Source: Octopus vulgaris
Lineage: Eukaryota
Direction of reading: 5' to 3'
Length of the DNA: 64,000 nt
Assembly (NCBI GenBank): GCA_951406725.2
Contig: OX597819.1
Location: 57,660,001 to 57,724,000 of the forward strand
Shown here: positions 51,344 through 63,377 of the stretch, piece after piece
How positions within the stretch are numbered: the stretch's first letter is position 1
How the letters are laid out: each line of letters begins with the position of its first letter
The notes under the pieces: generated by a model
Told to the model about the DNA's origin: nothing
Seen by the model: the letters and a program-made list of their open reading frames with translations, nothing else
Databases searched by the model: none
Translations under genes and position numbers: made by a program

Positions 51344-52628
51344 CCATAGGGTTAATATACCTTTTCAGAAATCATGCGAATCACTACTTCCTATTTTCTC
51401 TCCCTAGGTCACAAGATATGTCAGAAATTCAAACGTAGTGTGTTGGCAGAAATGATCAAGTGCATATTGCATTTAACTTCACTCAGCCTAAATCACAATT
51501 GCACCGTAAATAAGTACTATGAAGTAATACGGGTTCGTTGCTCAAGTCATCAAAGTGAAATATCATTAAATCCTTTTTTCTATAGCGTACATTTCTTAAT
51601 TCAAATAGCAATATGGAATTCAGCAGCAAGTCCGGTTTATACTACATTTCAAACTAGGTTCTAATTACCTCAAGTAACACAGCCATTGGATATCTAACGT
51701 TTACTTTATTAAAGAAAGGTGTTTGAATATATAATATGCGTAAGCTGAAAAAAAATTTTTTCAGTACTTTTAACACGCACAAGTTCAAAAGTCTCGGGTT
51801 AGGTCGTGTGCACGTTGCTTCAATTGCTCGAGAAAGGTAAATTGTAAAGCAGAGACCAAAGAGAAAACAAAACTGCAAATTCCACTGATTACATTCATAA
51901 AAATAATAGAACTAGTTATAAAATGTTAAAGGAATTTGAGAATAATAAAGTGAATTTTATGGTGGAATATATAATAATACAGTATGAAACTATTAAATTT
52001 CATATTTTGTTTTTTAAATGCCGTCAGAGAGTCGTTAAAGCTATTTTCCATTTGAAGCACAGCCAGAGGCACGTTGTTTAATGCCATTCAGGTATTTAAT
52101 AATTTATTTATTATGTATGGTTTCGATTTAGAAAAGTAATATATTTCTAAAATGCATTAATCTCGAAAAAAATATTGATTCTGTTTTAAATGAGATATAT
52201 GTATTTCGTATTCAGTGTTTTAAGTGAGGGCTGCATTTCATTTCATGGTGCAATAATCAAAATAAAAATATTACGATTTTTAGTGTATAGTTTTTTATGT
52301 CATTACCATAATCCATTTGCTATTTCGTTTCTACGATTTTTTTTCTCTTAGTAGTAGTTTATCATTTGGGCACAATACCAATTTATGAAACAGAGATAAA
52401 TGCTGGTATTCCTTTTGGTGTTGTCATTACGAATTTGTGATTGGGAATTTTCGTCGCTACGAATACACACGGCGTACAATTAGCAAGAAACCAATCTAAT
52501 ATTGCATAGTAATAATTGTAAGGAGAAATACCAAAACTACAGGAAGTGCTACTTTTCGATATCTGATAATGACCCCCATACAAGTATACACAGATAAATG
52601 GATACACACAAACACACATGTATGTGTA

Positions 52629-52669
<41 letters not shown>

Positions 52670-52893
52670 TAATCAATATAGGGTGGCAAAAAAAATTTTG
52701 TAGAATTCTTTTGCCACCAGCGGCCTAGTGGGAAAAAATTAAATAGTCATAGACCATTTTTAAGTTCAACATCAACAATCAAGGAACGGCCATAATAGGC
52801 CATTCACCCACTAGAAATAACAGCCAAAGCTTCAACCGCAAATAAAAATTAATTCCGTAAACCAGGAGAAAATTTAAAAACATTTACCCTGTA

Positions 52894-53000
52894 ATTTCTT
52901 ATACGATATACCGTTTCATCTGCTGATTAATGGTAAACTAACCTGATTAAATTAAATCAAGCCAATCTTCCACAGGCCCTCAGATTCTTCAGTAAGAAAT
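52894..53000 (-). ncRNA. Type I hammerhead ribozyme with extended stem II (copy 1)
   Basis: Reverse complement of 53479-53585. Confidence 0.8.
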
Positions 53001-53478
53001 AGCCCAAGTCGGAACAGATATTTTCACGAGGCATTTCCGACCTTGCCAAGTTTATATCTGACCTAAAATTTTCAAATCGTCGCACTCGCGCCAAATTTAT
53101 CGGCAGCAAATAAATATAAGCCGTCGATTCCATTACGGAATTAACCAGAAAATTCATAATTAATCAATATAGGGTGGCAAAAAAAATTTTGTAGAATTCT
53201 TTTGCCACCAGCGGCCTAGTGGGAAAAAATTAAATAGTCATAGACCATTTTTAAGTTCAACATCAACAATCAAGGAACGGCCATAATAGGCCATTCACCC
53301 ACTAGAAATAACAGCCAAAGCTTCAACCGCAAATAAAAATTAATTCCGTAAACCAGGAGAAAATTTAAAAAACATTTACCCTGTAATTTCTTATACGATA
53401 TACCGTTTCATTTTAGGTCAGATATAAACTTGGCAAGGTCGGAAATGCCTCGTGAAAATATCTGTTCCGACTTGGGCT

Positions 53479-53585
53479 ATTTCTTACTGAAGAATCTGAG
53501 GGCCTGTGGAAGATTGGCTTGATTTAATTTAATCAGGTTAGTTTACCATTAATCAGCAGATGAAACGGTATATCGTATAAGAAAT
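53479..53585 (+). ncRNA. Type I hammerhead ribozyme with extended stem II (copy 2)
   Basis: ATTTCTTA CTGAAGA ATCTG-[58 nt]-CAGAT GAAAC GGTATATC GTA TAAGAAAT: 8-bp stem I, 5-bp basal stem II, intact core, GUA site at 53575-53577. Confidence 0.82.
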
Positions 53586-53730
53586 TACAGGGTAAATGTT
53601 TTTTAAATTTTCTCCTGGTTTACGGAATTAATTTTTATTTGCGGTTGAAGCTTTGGCTGTTATTTCTAGTGGGTGAATGGCCTATTATGGCCGTTCCTTG
53701 ATTGTTGATATATATATATATATATATATA

Positions 53731-54058
53731 TGTTGAGACCCCCTTCGGTCATGACTGACCGTGGTATTGCACCTAGAAAGTTACCCTCCCAGGCACATGT
53801 CCGGGCAAGGCTGTTTATGGAAGACAAGCAGTCGCATATGCATACCGACCTCCCCTCTCCACGCCAACAGTGTCATCCGAGGGAGAGGCATAGGACGATA
53901 CAGCTTGGTTCCTGTGATGTTGCAACTCATTTCTACAGCTGAGTGAACTGGAGCAACGTGAAATAAAGTGTCTTGCTCAAGAACACAACACGTAGCCCGG
54001 TCCGGGATTCGAACTCACAACCTCACGATCGTAAGCTCGACGCTCTAACCACTGAGTC
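53731..54058 (-). mobile_element. tRNA-derived SINE (family D) between (TA)n tracts
   Basis: CTCAGTGGTTAGAGCG..GAGTTCGAATCCC head, TTCTTGAGCAAGACACTTTATTTCACGTTGCTCCAGTTCACTCAGCTGTAGAAATGAGT central domain, distinct tail. Confidence 0.85.
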
Positions 54059-54153
<95 letters not shown>

Positions 54154-54759
54154 CGGTGCGAATGGTTCTTTTTATACGGCGCCGTTTACATTCCTGTAAA
54201 TAATATTAATGATATTTTTATATAAACTTAAATCTTATTGTGATCAACGTGCAATGACTCAAGAAAATAGTCTAATAAATGAAGTATAAAAGCCCTCACG
54301 GAAAAAAAAGACTTGCCTGTCTGCGTAGGTGTCAAACACTCATCTCTTTGTTAACGCGACTATATGTATTACCTTTGCACCAGCGAATCAGCCTCCCCTT
54401 TCCTGTCACATTTAAGAACAATAATAGTTCATGTTTGTGCGTTATTTAATGGACACAGCCTTTCTATATGCGATCACCGTGCAAAAACTAGTGCAAATAG
54501 TCTAATAAAGGGGTATAAAACCAAAGCATATAGAAAGTTTGTTTACATATTAAAAAAAAAACAATCACGAACTATTATAGTTCTTAAAATTGACAGGAAG
54601 AGGGAAGCTGTTTCACTGGTGTATAGGTAACACTTAGCCGCGTTAATAAAGGGATATGGGTTCGACTCCCACGCGAATAGGAACGTCTTTTTTTTTCTAT
54701 CAAGGGTATTTATGTCCCTTTATTAGACTATATTTATATATAATAATACATTATATATA

Positions 54760-54902
54760 CGGTATATATATGTATACGTTAAATATATATGTATATATAT
54801 GTGTGCGTGTATATTTATGTATATGTAAGTATATGTATGCATATGTATATGTATGTATATACACGCATATATATATACATATATATAAACATATATATAT
54901 GC

Positions 54903-54934
<32 letters not shown>

Positions 54935-55277
54935 ACATATGCATATATATATATATATATATGTATGTATACATACATATATATACATATATATGTATGT
55001 ATACATACATATATATATATATATATGTATACATATATATATATGTATATATATGTATGTATACATACATATATATATATATATATGTATACATATATAT
55101 ATATATATATGTATACATGTATACATATATATATATATGTATACATATATATATATATGTATGTATACATACATATACATATATATATATATATGTATGT
55201 ATACATACATATACATATATATATATATATGTATGTATACATACATATATATATATATATATGTATGTATACATATA

Positions 55278-55320
<43 letters not shown>
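54760..55320. repeat. Degenerate (TA)/(TATG)/(CATA) microsatellite
   Basis: Read directly; source of many spurious ORFs. Confidence 0.95.
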
Positions 55321-55330
<10 letters not shown>

Positions 55331-56500
55331 AATAAAACATGCATATATATGTACGTACCTACCTCTACATGTATATATATATATACATGCATATATGGGT
55401 ACAGGACACCAAAAAAACGTCGAACTCAATGAGAAACGAAAACATAAACACAAAACCAAGGAACTGGACATTTTTCTTAAACAAGGAAAAATAGAGTACA
55501 GGACAAATAACACATGGAAGGTTTTGTGTTTATGTTTTAGTTTCTCATTGTGTTCGACGTTTTTTTTGGGTGTCCTGTACCCATATATGCATCTATATAT
55601 ACATGTAGATGTAGGTACGTACATATATGTATGTATATATGCATACGTTTTATTTATTAATTTATTATATGACGGAACGCACGCATCCATTTCTAAATAA
55701 GATTGTTCTTAATATTAATAATGATGCACACTCTCAACCTTTCTGTCCCCCTCCCTTTGTCAGCCTCCATTCTTTTGGGGTTTTTTTCTTCTACCTTACT
55801 CTCTCTCTCTCATTCTTCATTCTTTCTGGCTTTCTCTACAACCATTTCCTTTTTTTCTCTCCCTTTCTCTTGCTCCTCCTCTTCCCTCCCGTCATTGACC
55901 CGTGACGAGAGCACTGCTACTGTCTTTCTGACCTGGCTTCCTTTTAAGTGTAGATGGCATTTTTTGTTGCTCCTTCGCCGTTCTCAAAAATAGCGTTCGT
56001 AATACTTTATCTCGTTCGGCTTAACAGCCCTTCTTTCCTTGTTATTATCCTTGTCCTGTCTTTTGCTGTTTATACTTTGTACTGTCGTTACTGTCCTGTT
56101 TTTGTTACCATTTTTACCCCTCCGCAAAAGGATCTCAAATTTTATTTAATTTGCTTTTCGCGGGAAGGAAAGTTTCAATTGAAGATGCGTATCGCCTTCA
56201 TCTTCGAAACGCAGGGTAGATGAAACCATGGCGACTGAAGAAGGGGAATTTTCCTTGTATTTTTTGTCCTGTACTCTATTTTTTCGTTGTTTAAGAAAAA
56301 TGTCCAGTTCCTTGGTTTTGTGTTTATGTTATCGTTTCTCATTGTGTTCGACGTTTTTTTGGTGTTCTGTACCCATATATGCATGTATATATAATGTAGA
56401 GGTAGATACGTACATATATGTATATATGAATATGCTTTATTTATTAATTTATTATATGACGGAACGCACGCATCCATTTCTAAGTAAGATTGTTCTTAAT
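55321..56500 (+). mobile_element. Penelope-like non-autonomous element: inverted copy (55321-55508), partial direct copy (55520-55712), full terminal copy (~56100-56500)
   Basis: 55321-55508 is the reverse complement of ~56264-56450; 55520-55712 directly repeats 56314-56500. Confidence 0.7.
56186..56247 (+). ncRNA. Putative non-circularly permuted hammerhead ribozyme (copy X)
   Basis: TGCGT-A-TCGCC (56186-96) .. TCTTC GAAACGCA (56201-13) .. GGCGA CTGAAGA A GGGGA (56230-47). Stem III TGCGT/ACGCA, stem I TCGCC/GGCGA, stem II GGGGA/TCTTC with G-U pairs. Confidence 0.65.
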
Positions 56501-56515
56501 ATATATATATATATA

Positions 56516-56730
56516 ACGGGAAGCTTTACGAAAATAAACAAAAGACGAAGGCAGGTGGAATATAAACAAACAATTGTATTAGTATGGCGCCCAGGAATAT
56601 AAATAAAACAAGTCTTTTACGTTTCCAGCCTACGCTCTTCAACAGAAAGATACACAGAAAAGAAACACAGAAAGAAACAAGGAGGGAAAAAATGCGTGCA
56701 GAAGCTAACGAATCAACATGGCGATCTGGC
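56516..56730 (-). mobile_element. Penelope-like terminal repeat fragment with a variant hammerhead motif (56613-56650)
   Basis: Minus strand: TCTTT CTGTTGA A GAGC-GTAG-GCTG GAAAC GTA AAAGA; homologous to 22058-22250. Confidence 0.65.
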
Positions 56731-56789
56731 TATATATGTATATATATATGTATATACATATATATATATATACATACATATATATACAA

Positions 56790-56852
<63 letters not shown>

Positions 56853-57022
56853 TACATACGTATATATACATACATCTATACATATATATACATATATATA
56901 TGCATATATGTATATACATACACATATATTCTATATACATACATAAATATTTATACATACATATATATATATGCATATATACAAACGTATGTGTACATAC
57001 TTACATCTATACGTATATAGAT

Positions 57023-57520
57023 ATATGCATAAGTGGGCACAGGACTTTATGAAAAGTGTACAACAAAAAAATACGAAGTACGCGTACATGGAATATGCAC
57101 TGTTTTTCCGGACAACGAAACAGACAAATAGAAAACGAGACAAAAAACATAAGGAACGACCCTTCATCGGTTGTTGACTGTTTTTCTTCTCTCGTATTTC
57201 GAATATTTAACAACAATATATGCTTTCGATGAAACAGTTGCTCCCGCAAAAAAAATATAATTTGGGAATTTTACGGAGGGTCAAAGTAGGTAACACAAAG
57301 AGGAAGGTCTGTTTTATCGAAAGCGTATATTGTTAAATGCTCGAAATATGAGACTAGAAAAGCAACCAACAACTGATGAAGGGCATTTCTTTGTGTTGTT
57401 TGTCTTGTTTTCCACTTGTATCTTTCGTCGTGCGAAAAAAAATTTCATTTTCCATGTACTCTTCTTTCATATCTTTTGTTGTACAGGTTTCATGATGTTC
57501 TGTAGCCACATATGCCACAT
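57023..57520. mobile_element. Diverged palindromic element (~210 bp arms) related to the 55.3-56.5 kb family
   Basis: 57023-57237 is inverted at 57309-57520. The spacer read on the minus strand (TTTGACCCTCCGTAAAATTCCCAAATT..TTTGCGGGAG) is homologous to ~56110-56168. Confidence 0.75.
57324..57388 (+). ncRNA. Putative non-circularly permuted hammerhead ribozyme (copy Y); decayed mirror copy at ~57158-57222 (-)
   Basis: CGTAT-A-TTGTT (57324-34) AAATGCTC GAAATATG (57335-50) .. AACAA CTGATGA A GGGCATTT (57368-88). Stem III CGTAT/ATATG, stem I TTGTT/AACAA, stem II GGGCATTT/AAATGCTC. Confidence 0.68.
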
Positions 57521-57546
57521 ATACATTTATATATATATATATATAT

Positions 57547-57852
57547 GTTAAAGTGCAAGTGGCTGAGCACTCCACAGACACACGTACCCTTAACGTAGTT
57601 ATCGGGGTGATTCAGCATGACACACACTGTGACAAGGCTGGCCCTTTGAAATACAGTTACAACAGAAACAAAGAGTGAGAGAGAGTTGTGGTGAAAGAGT
57701 ACCGCAGGGTGCACCAGCACCCCCTGCCGGAGCCTCGTGGACCTTTAGGTGTTTTTGTTCAATAAACACTCACAATGTCCGGTCTGGGAATCGAAACTGC
57801 GATCCTCCGACTGCGAGTCCACTGCCCTGACCACTGGGCCTTTGCGCCTCCA
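57547..57852 (-). mobile_element. Family B SINE, 3'-truncated
   Basis: Reverse complement colinear with ~11298-11610. Confidence 0.9.
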
Positions 57853-58238
57853 CAAACTGACATATAGTGTCTAAGTAAATATTCAAAGACAAAATACTTT
57901 GTCTCAAAATACAGTACATATTTGAAATGATAAAAGAAAATATAAACCAAAGTGCATTTAGTTATCTCTTCTTGTGTCACGTCTTCGAATTCCATTGGCA
58001 CATGCAAGTCACTGCAAGTCGGTGAGATGCTGTTCTTACAAAAAGGCCTATCAATCATTACCGCCGGCATGGCTGTCCAATTTCTGCTAAGTTATCTTTG
58101 TAAACAAAGGCTCCAGGGTTCGATATAGCTGCTTAGTAATCTAGGCAAGGTGTCTTGTACTATGGCTATGTCTTAACAAATGCTATGACTGAAATCTTAA
58201 TAGTTTGCGAGTTGTTTCGGTAAAACTATAATTCTCTG

Positions 58239-58279
<41 letters not shown>

Positions 58280-58303
58280 ATATATATGTATATATATAGA
58301 TAT

Positions 58304-58346
<43 letters not shown>

Positions 58347-58413
58347 CACATACATATGTCCATATGTGTGTGTGTTTATCCATCTATCTGTGTGTACCTG
58401 TATGAGGTCACAA

Positions 58414-58456
<43 letters not shown>

Positions 58457-58497
58457 CCAGCGATTATAATTATTTTTATTTTATCGCAATTTGATTT

Positions 58498-58556
<59 letters not shown>

Positions 58557-59229
58557 TGTATGTATGTATGTATGTATGTATGTGTTTGTTTGTGTTTTGA
58601 GAAAAAAGTCGGCAGAATTTTGGAAGAAAATTCTTTTATTTCTTCAATATTATTAACACTTTCGGTCCTCTCTAGAACTTGTCAAATACAATTTTATGAA
58701 TGTACAAACTGCTTGTTCATTTATATAACAAAGTTGTTGTTTAGTGGTTTTGTTTAGAAGAGAATATTGTTTTTTTTTGGGGGGGGGAAGTTCCAAGACA
58801 CTGGAGATGGATAGATAGAAATAGAGGTAGGTAGATAGGCTGATAGATAGACAGATTGACAGTCAGACAGATAGAGAGATAGTCAGACATATGGGTAGAG
58901 GGAAAGAGAGAGAGAGAGGGGGTATCCACCTTCCTATAAATGAATGGTGATTCATTCATTTATTTGATTATTTTTCCTTTACAATTTGTATTGGAATGGG
59001 TTTAACGATGTTTTCTTTCTATCACTCATCTTTTTTCCTTTTCTTTTTTCCTTTTTCCTTCCTTTTTCTTCATTTCTTCCTTTTTTCTCCTCTTTGAGTT
59101 ATATTTAGAATATACCCCTTCCAAACATTCATTTTTTGGAGGGAACTTTTTGATAAAGTATAGTTCTGCATGAAAATACATTGATATAATTTTTGCAAAT
59201 TAACAATTTGAAAATTCACTCAGTAAATA

Positions 59230-59307
<78 letters not shown>

Positions 59308-59820
59308 AAAAAATAAGTTCCAAAAAGAATAATTCAAACTTTTTGAGAGGTCTAAAAGGTGAGAAAGAATGATTTCTAATAAAGATTCATCATATTCATG
59401 AAAAACAGCCAGAGCAAGTAGTAAGAATATGAAAATAGTAGTTGAAAAATATAGTTATAGGTATAAATATACCATACCCAATTATAGAAAAATGGAGGAG
59501 AAAAAGTTCTTGCATCGAAATTAGATTTAATACAAAATAGGATTCAATACATATCCGCGTTTCAAAGGACAATACAAATAAGTAAGAAAATAATTATAAT
59601 CATAGTAATTAAATTTATGCATTGTCATTAATTAAGTTTATGCATTCCCATTCTCATCAGTGTAAAGAATTTTTGGAAGGACATCAACGAAGTTTTAATA
59701 AAATAAAGTAAAGTAAAATAAGACAAAATAAAGGAGAATACAAAAGGGGTAATAGGCAAATATCAGATATTTTTCAAATTTGAGGGTGATAATGAAGTTC
59801 TATAATTTATATGAAAATAG

Positions 59821-59935
59821 GCGCAGGAGTAGCTTTGTAGTAAGTTGCTTGCTTACCAACTACATGGTTCCTGCTTCAGTTCCAATGCGTGGTATTTTGG
59901 GCAAGTATTTTATACTATAGCTTCGGGCCGACCAA
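59821..59935 (+). mobile_element. 5' fragment of a family A SINE
   Basis: GCGCAGGAGTAGCTTTGTAGTAAG..TTGGGCAAGTATTTTATACTATAGCTTCGGGCCGACCA. Confidence 0.75.
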
Positions 59936-60233
59936 TCAATGGTACATCAGCTGAATACTACATAAATATGATTATAATTCAAATTACAAACAATAAATTA
60001 AAGAGAAAATTGACGATGCAATTGCTTATTTTTATTATATCACGTTATATACAATGAATATAATATAACATAAACAATTATAAAAAAAAAGCTAACAATT
60101 TGTTTTGTGATATATAAACAATTCAATTCCCTTATACAACCCTCATTGGAGCCAATGTTTTGAAGATAAACGAAATTCCGACACCGATAATTGACACGTT
60201 TGACACATTATTAATTAGTATAATAGCATAGCC

Positions 60234-61091
60234 TGGCAAAATGCGAGCAAGAGAAATAATATTCTTAAGATTATAAACCTGGAAAATTACACGACAAGTT
60301 ATTACACGGGGAAAAGTTCAGGACAAATTTTTACATCTGGTAAAGCACAAAAAAAGAAAATTTTTACTTAAAATATTGCAGCGAAGGATAAAATTTCAAT
60401 ATTAAAAATTATTTGATTTTAATTTACAAAGTAGCATTATAATTAAAAACGGTACCACCATTTTGTTAAAATAATGATACACTAGAATACTTAATAAATG
60501 AGAGCCAGAAATACCGACACAGCGAATGTTTTATACAAAGTAGAATAGTATGTATGGTAGGCAAATTCCTTATGTAAAACTAGGCATTGGGTCAAGACTA
60601 AAAATGTGAAGACTTGGCAATAACTCAAGCAAATTTTACTGTGAATTTTTTATTATAGGTAGATTTTACTGTAATATATAACTAATTTTTGTATTATCCT
60701 AATTATTGCACTAACTAATTATGTGCTACTATTATTTTTATAATCTATTTTCAAATTTCTGATTATCAATTAATAATATTTAAAAATAATTTTTTTTAAA
60801 GTGCACAAAATATTTTGAGTTACTTTTAATAGAAGAAACAAGTAATAACAAATAGAAGTAGTTACTTGTAATAAAATTTTTAGTTTTAATAAAAGCTAAT
60901 AATTTCTAAATCTAAATATTTTATTTGTAATTTTATGCTTAGCTGCAATATTTTAAGTAAAAAGTTTCTTGTTCTGTAAACTACCAGATGTAATAACTTG
61001 TCCTGTACTTTTCCAAGTGTAATAACTTGTCCTGTAATTTTCCAGGTTTATAATCTTAAGAATATTATTTCTCTTGCTCGTATTTTTCCAT
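60234..61091. mobile_element. Foldback/MITE-like element with long terminal inverted repeats
   Basis: ~60234-60425 is the reverse complement of ~60900-61091 (e.g. CGAGCAAGAGAAATAATATTCTTAAGATTATAAACCTGGAAAATTACA is exact); ~30-bp internal subrepeat TGTAATAACTTGTCCTGTA.TTTTCCA. Confidence 0.8.
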
Positions 61092-61188
61092 GTAATCTAA
61101 TAATATTAAACGGGTGTACTGTTTCTGCAAACACCATGGATCTCTACTACAATCTGCTGAGCTAGAATATTTGAAAACATCGTGATAA

Positions 61189-61236
<48 letters not shown>

Positions 61237-61625
61237 TATACACATATTGTTTATTTGTGTTTTGTGTGTGTCTCGCGTGTGCGTGGGAGAAGGAAAACAA
61301 AAGAGTTCTTGGATGTCATATATAATCGGCTAGGTGCCTCTAGTGTGCGAGAGAGGAATGTATCAGTCGTTAAGTAAATGTTTAAGCACACTAATATATT
61401 ATATAACATATTTCCATATTCATGTGCGCCGAAGCATTTTATTGAATATGTGCTTGGACAAAGATTTGCTTTCTTGTATGATTCTTTTCTTAAAATGTAG
61501 TTGTTTATGGAAGCGTATTTATCTAGATTCTATATTTCCACACGCTTTGTTATGCATAAAGTGATTCATGACAGATCTCATACATAACAGCATATGTATG
61601 AGTTTTATCGTACGTAACTACACAT

Positions 61626-61649
61626 TGTTATTATTATTATTATTATTTA

Positions 61650-61684
<35 letters not shown>

Positions 61685-61730
61685 TATTATTCTTAATATT
61701 ATTTATTATTATTATTATTTATTATTATTA

Positions 61731-61769
<39 letters not shown>

Positions 61770-61808
61770 GTTAATATTATTTATTATTATTATTATTGTT
61801 AATATTAT

Positions 61809-61847
<39 letters not shown>

Positions 61848-62029
61848 TTATCATTGTTATTATTTACTGTTATTATTATTTATTATTATTATTATTATTA
61901 TTTATTATTATCATTGTTATTATATATTGTTGTTATTATCATTTATTATTATAATTTATTATTATCATTGTTATTATTTATTGTTATTATTATTATTATT
62001 TATTATTATCATTGTTATTATTTATTGTG

Positions 62030-62062
<33 letters not shown>

Positions 62063-62127
62063 TATTATTATCATTGTTATTATTTATTGTTGTTATTATT
62101 TATTATTATCATTGTTATTATTTATTG

Positions 62128-62171
<44 letters not shown>

Positions 62172-62172
62172 G
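61626..62172. repeat. Long degenerate (ATT)n tract
   Basis: Read directly. Confidence 0.95.
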
Positions 62173-62955
62173 TATCTATTTCAAATCTTCCCATTATTTC
62201 TGAAATCATCCAAACATGAATGCATACGAGAACCTAGGATTGTTGTTTCTAAGATTAAAAAAAAAAAAAAATTATGATTCCGAAATACTGAAACGTAGAA
62301 AATTTCTGGCTAGAATCGCAACAACAGCGCTCGTATAGTATGACAATCCGTATTATAAGGAGAATATAATAAGTCAAGTGATATGTAAAACGTTTTTATA
62401 CAACTGATGTGAAAACCAATCCACAACACATCAATAGCTGGAATTCATGCCCAGACGATCTTTGAGTGAATGGCAAGACAAGCATCAATCATTTTATAAA
62501 TTGTCGCAGGTGGATATCTTCCAATAGAATAATGTTTCTTTCGAACAGTCTTACATAGAAACATTCCTGCTTTATTCTAGAATGAAGAATAAAAATATTC
62601 AGATTACGTTTAGATAATCGAAGATAAAATTTTTCATAAATAATCCGAGAGAGGTTTATATGTTCAGTAGATACCTGGGATTATGCAAGAATCAAGAAAA
62701 TTTTAAATATGATTAAACTACGACGATCATTATCTTAAAAGAATTTTTTTTACTGTCTTCAAGAAAACTTTTTAGTGTGTCCTTTATATGACAGAATATC
62801 AAATAAATCCCTTTCATATAATACTGAACCGTTGTAAAAGAGTAAAGCACATTGGATAATGTAGGTCTAATATTCTGCATTTCAGCGGCAAAGAATGAAT
62901 GGTCATGGTTGGATTGTCTTTGGCCATAGAGTTATTTGGCCATCCCTTTATTAAT

Positions 62956-63358
62956 CTCTCTATATATAAAACTGAGAATGTGTGTCTGTCTGTATGTGTT
63001 TTCTCCCTAAACTTGAGAACTACACAGCCAATTTCATTCAAATTTTATACATGCCTTACTTAAGGTCCGGGGAGTGTCATCAGCAAAGAAATCTTAACTT
63101 TTTCCCTAGGGCAACCCCACAGCAATATCATATCTTCTCCACTATTTCAGTATTACGTGTTAAAAGTGAAACAAACACATCTCTCTTTTGTAATGCAGAC
63201 ACTTTCACTATTAAAGTGAAAGTATTATATAACAGGGATGAACCATTAACAATAGTCATCCATTTTGTTATAAGAAGATCCGCTATGGTCTTATATGCTA
63301 CACTACTGGTTTTCAATTCATATTAATCAAATTAATATTCAATTTTTTACCCTTATTA
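62956..63358 (+). mobile_element. 5' part of a Helitron-like non-autonomous element
   Basis: TCTCTCTATATATAAAACTGAGAATGTGTGTCTGTCTGT..CCAATTTCATTCAAATTTT start; no 3' end visible before the LINE. Confidence 0.45.
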
Positions 63359-63377
63359 TGTGTGTATGTGTGTGTGT

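Larger units (their letters stand above)
52669..53708. mobile_element. Penelope-like pseudo-LTR array: direct repeat plus inverted copy, nearly identical
   Basis: 52669-52919 repeats at 53160-53411; 53410-53708 is the reverse complement of ~52770-53069; carries hammerhead motifs. Confidence 0.8.

Noticed and set aside
54656-55432. Long ORFs (up to 258 aa) rich in Y/I/M/C/H
   Set aside because: Translations of (TA)/(TATG) microsatellite. The same applies to the LSIY-, IYIY- and poly-L/N/K ORFs throughout the window.
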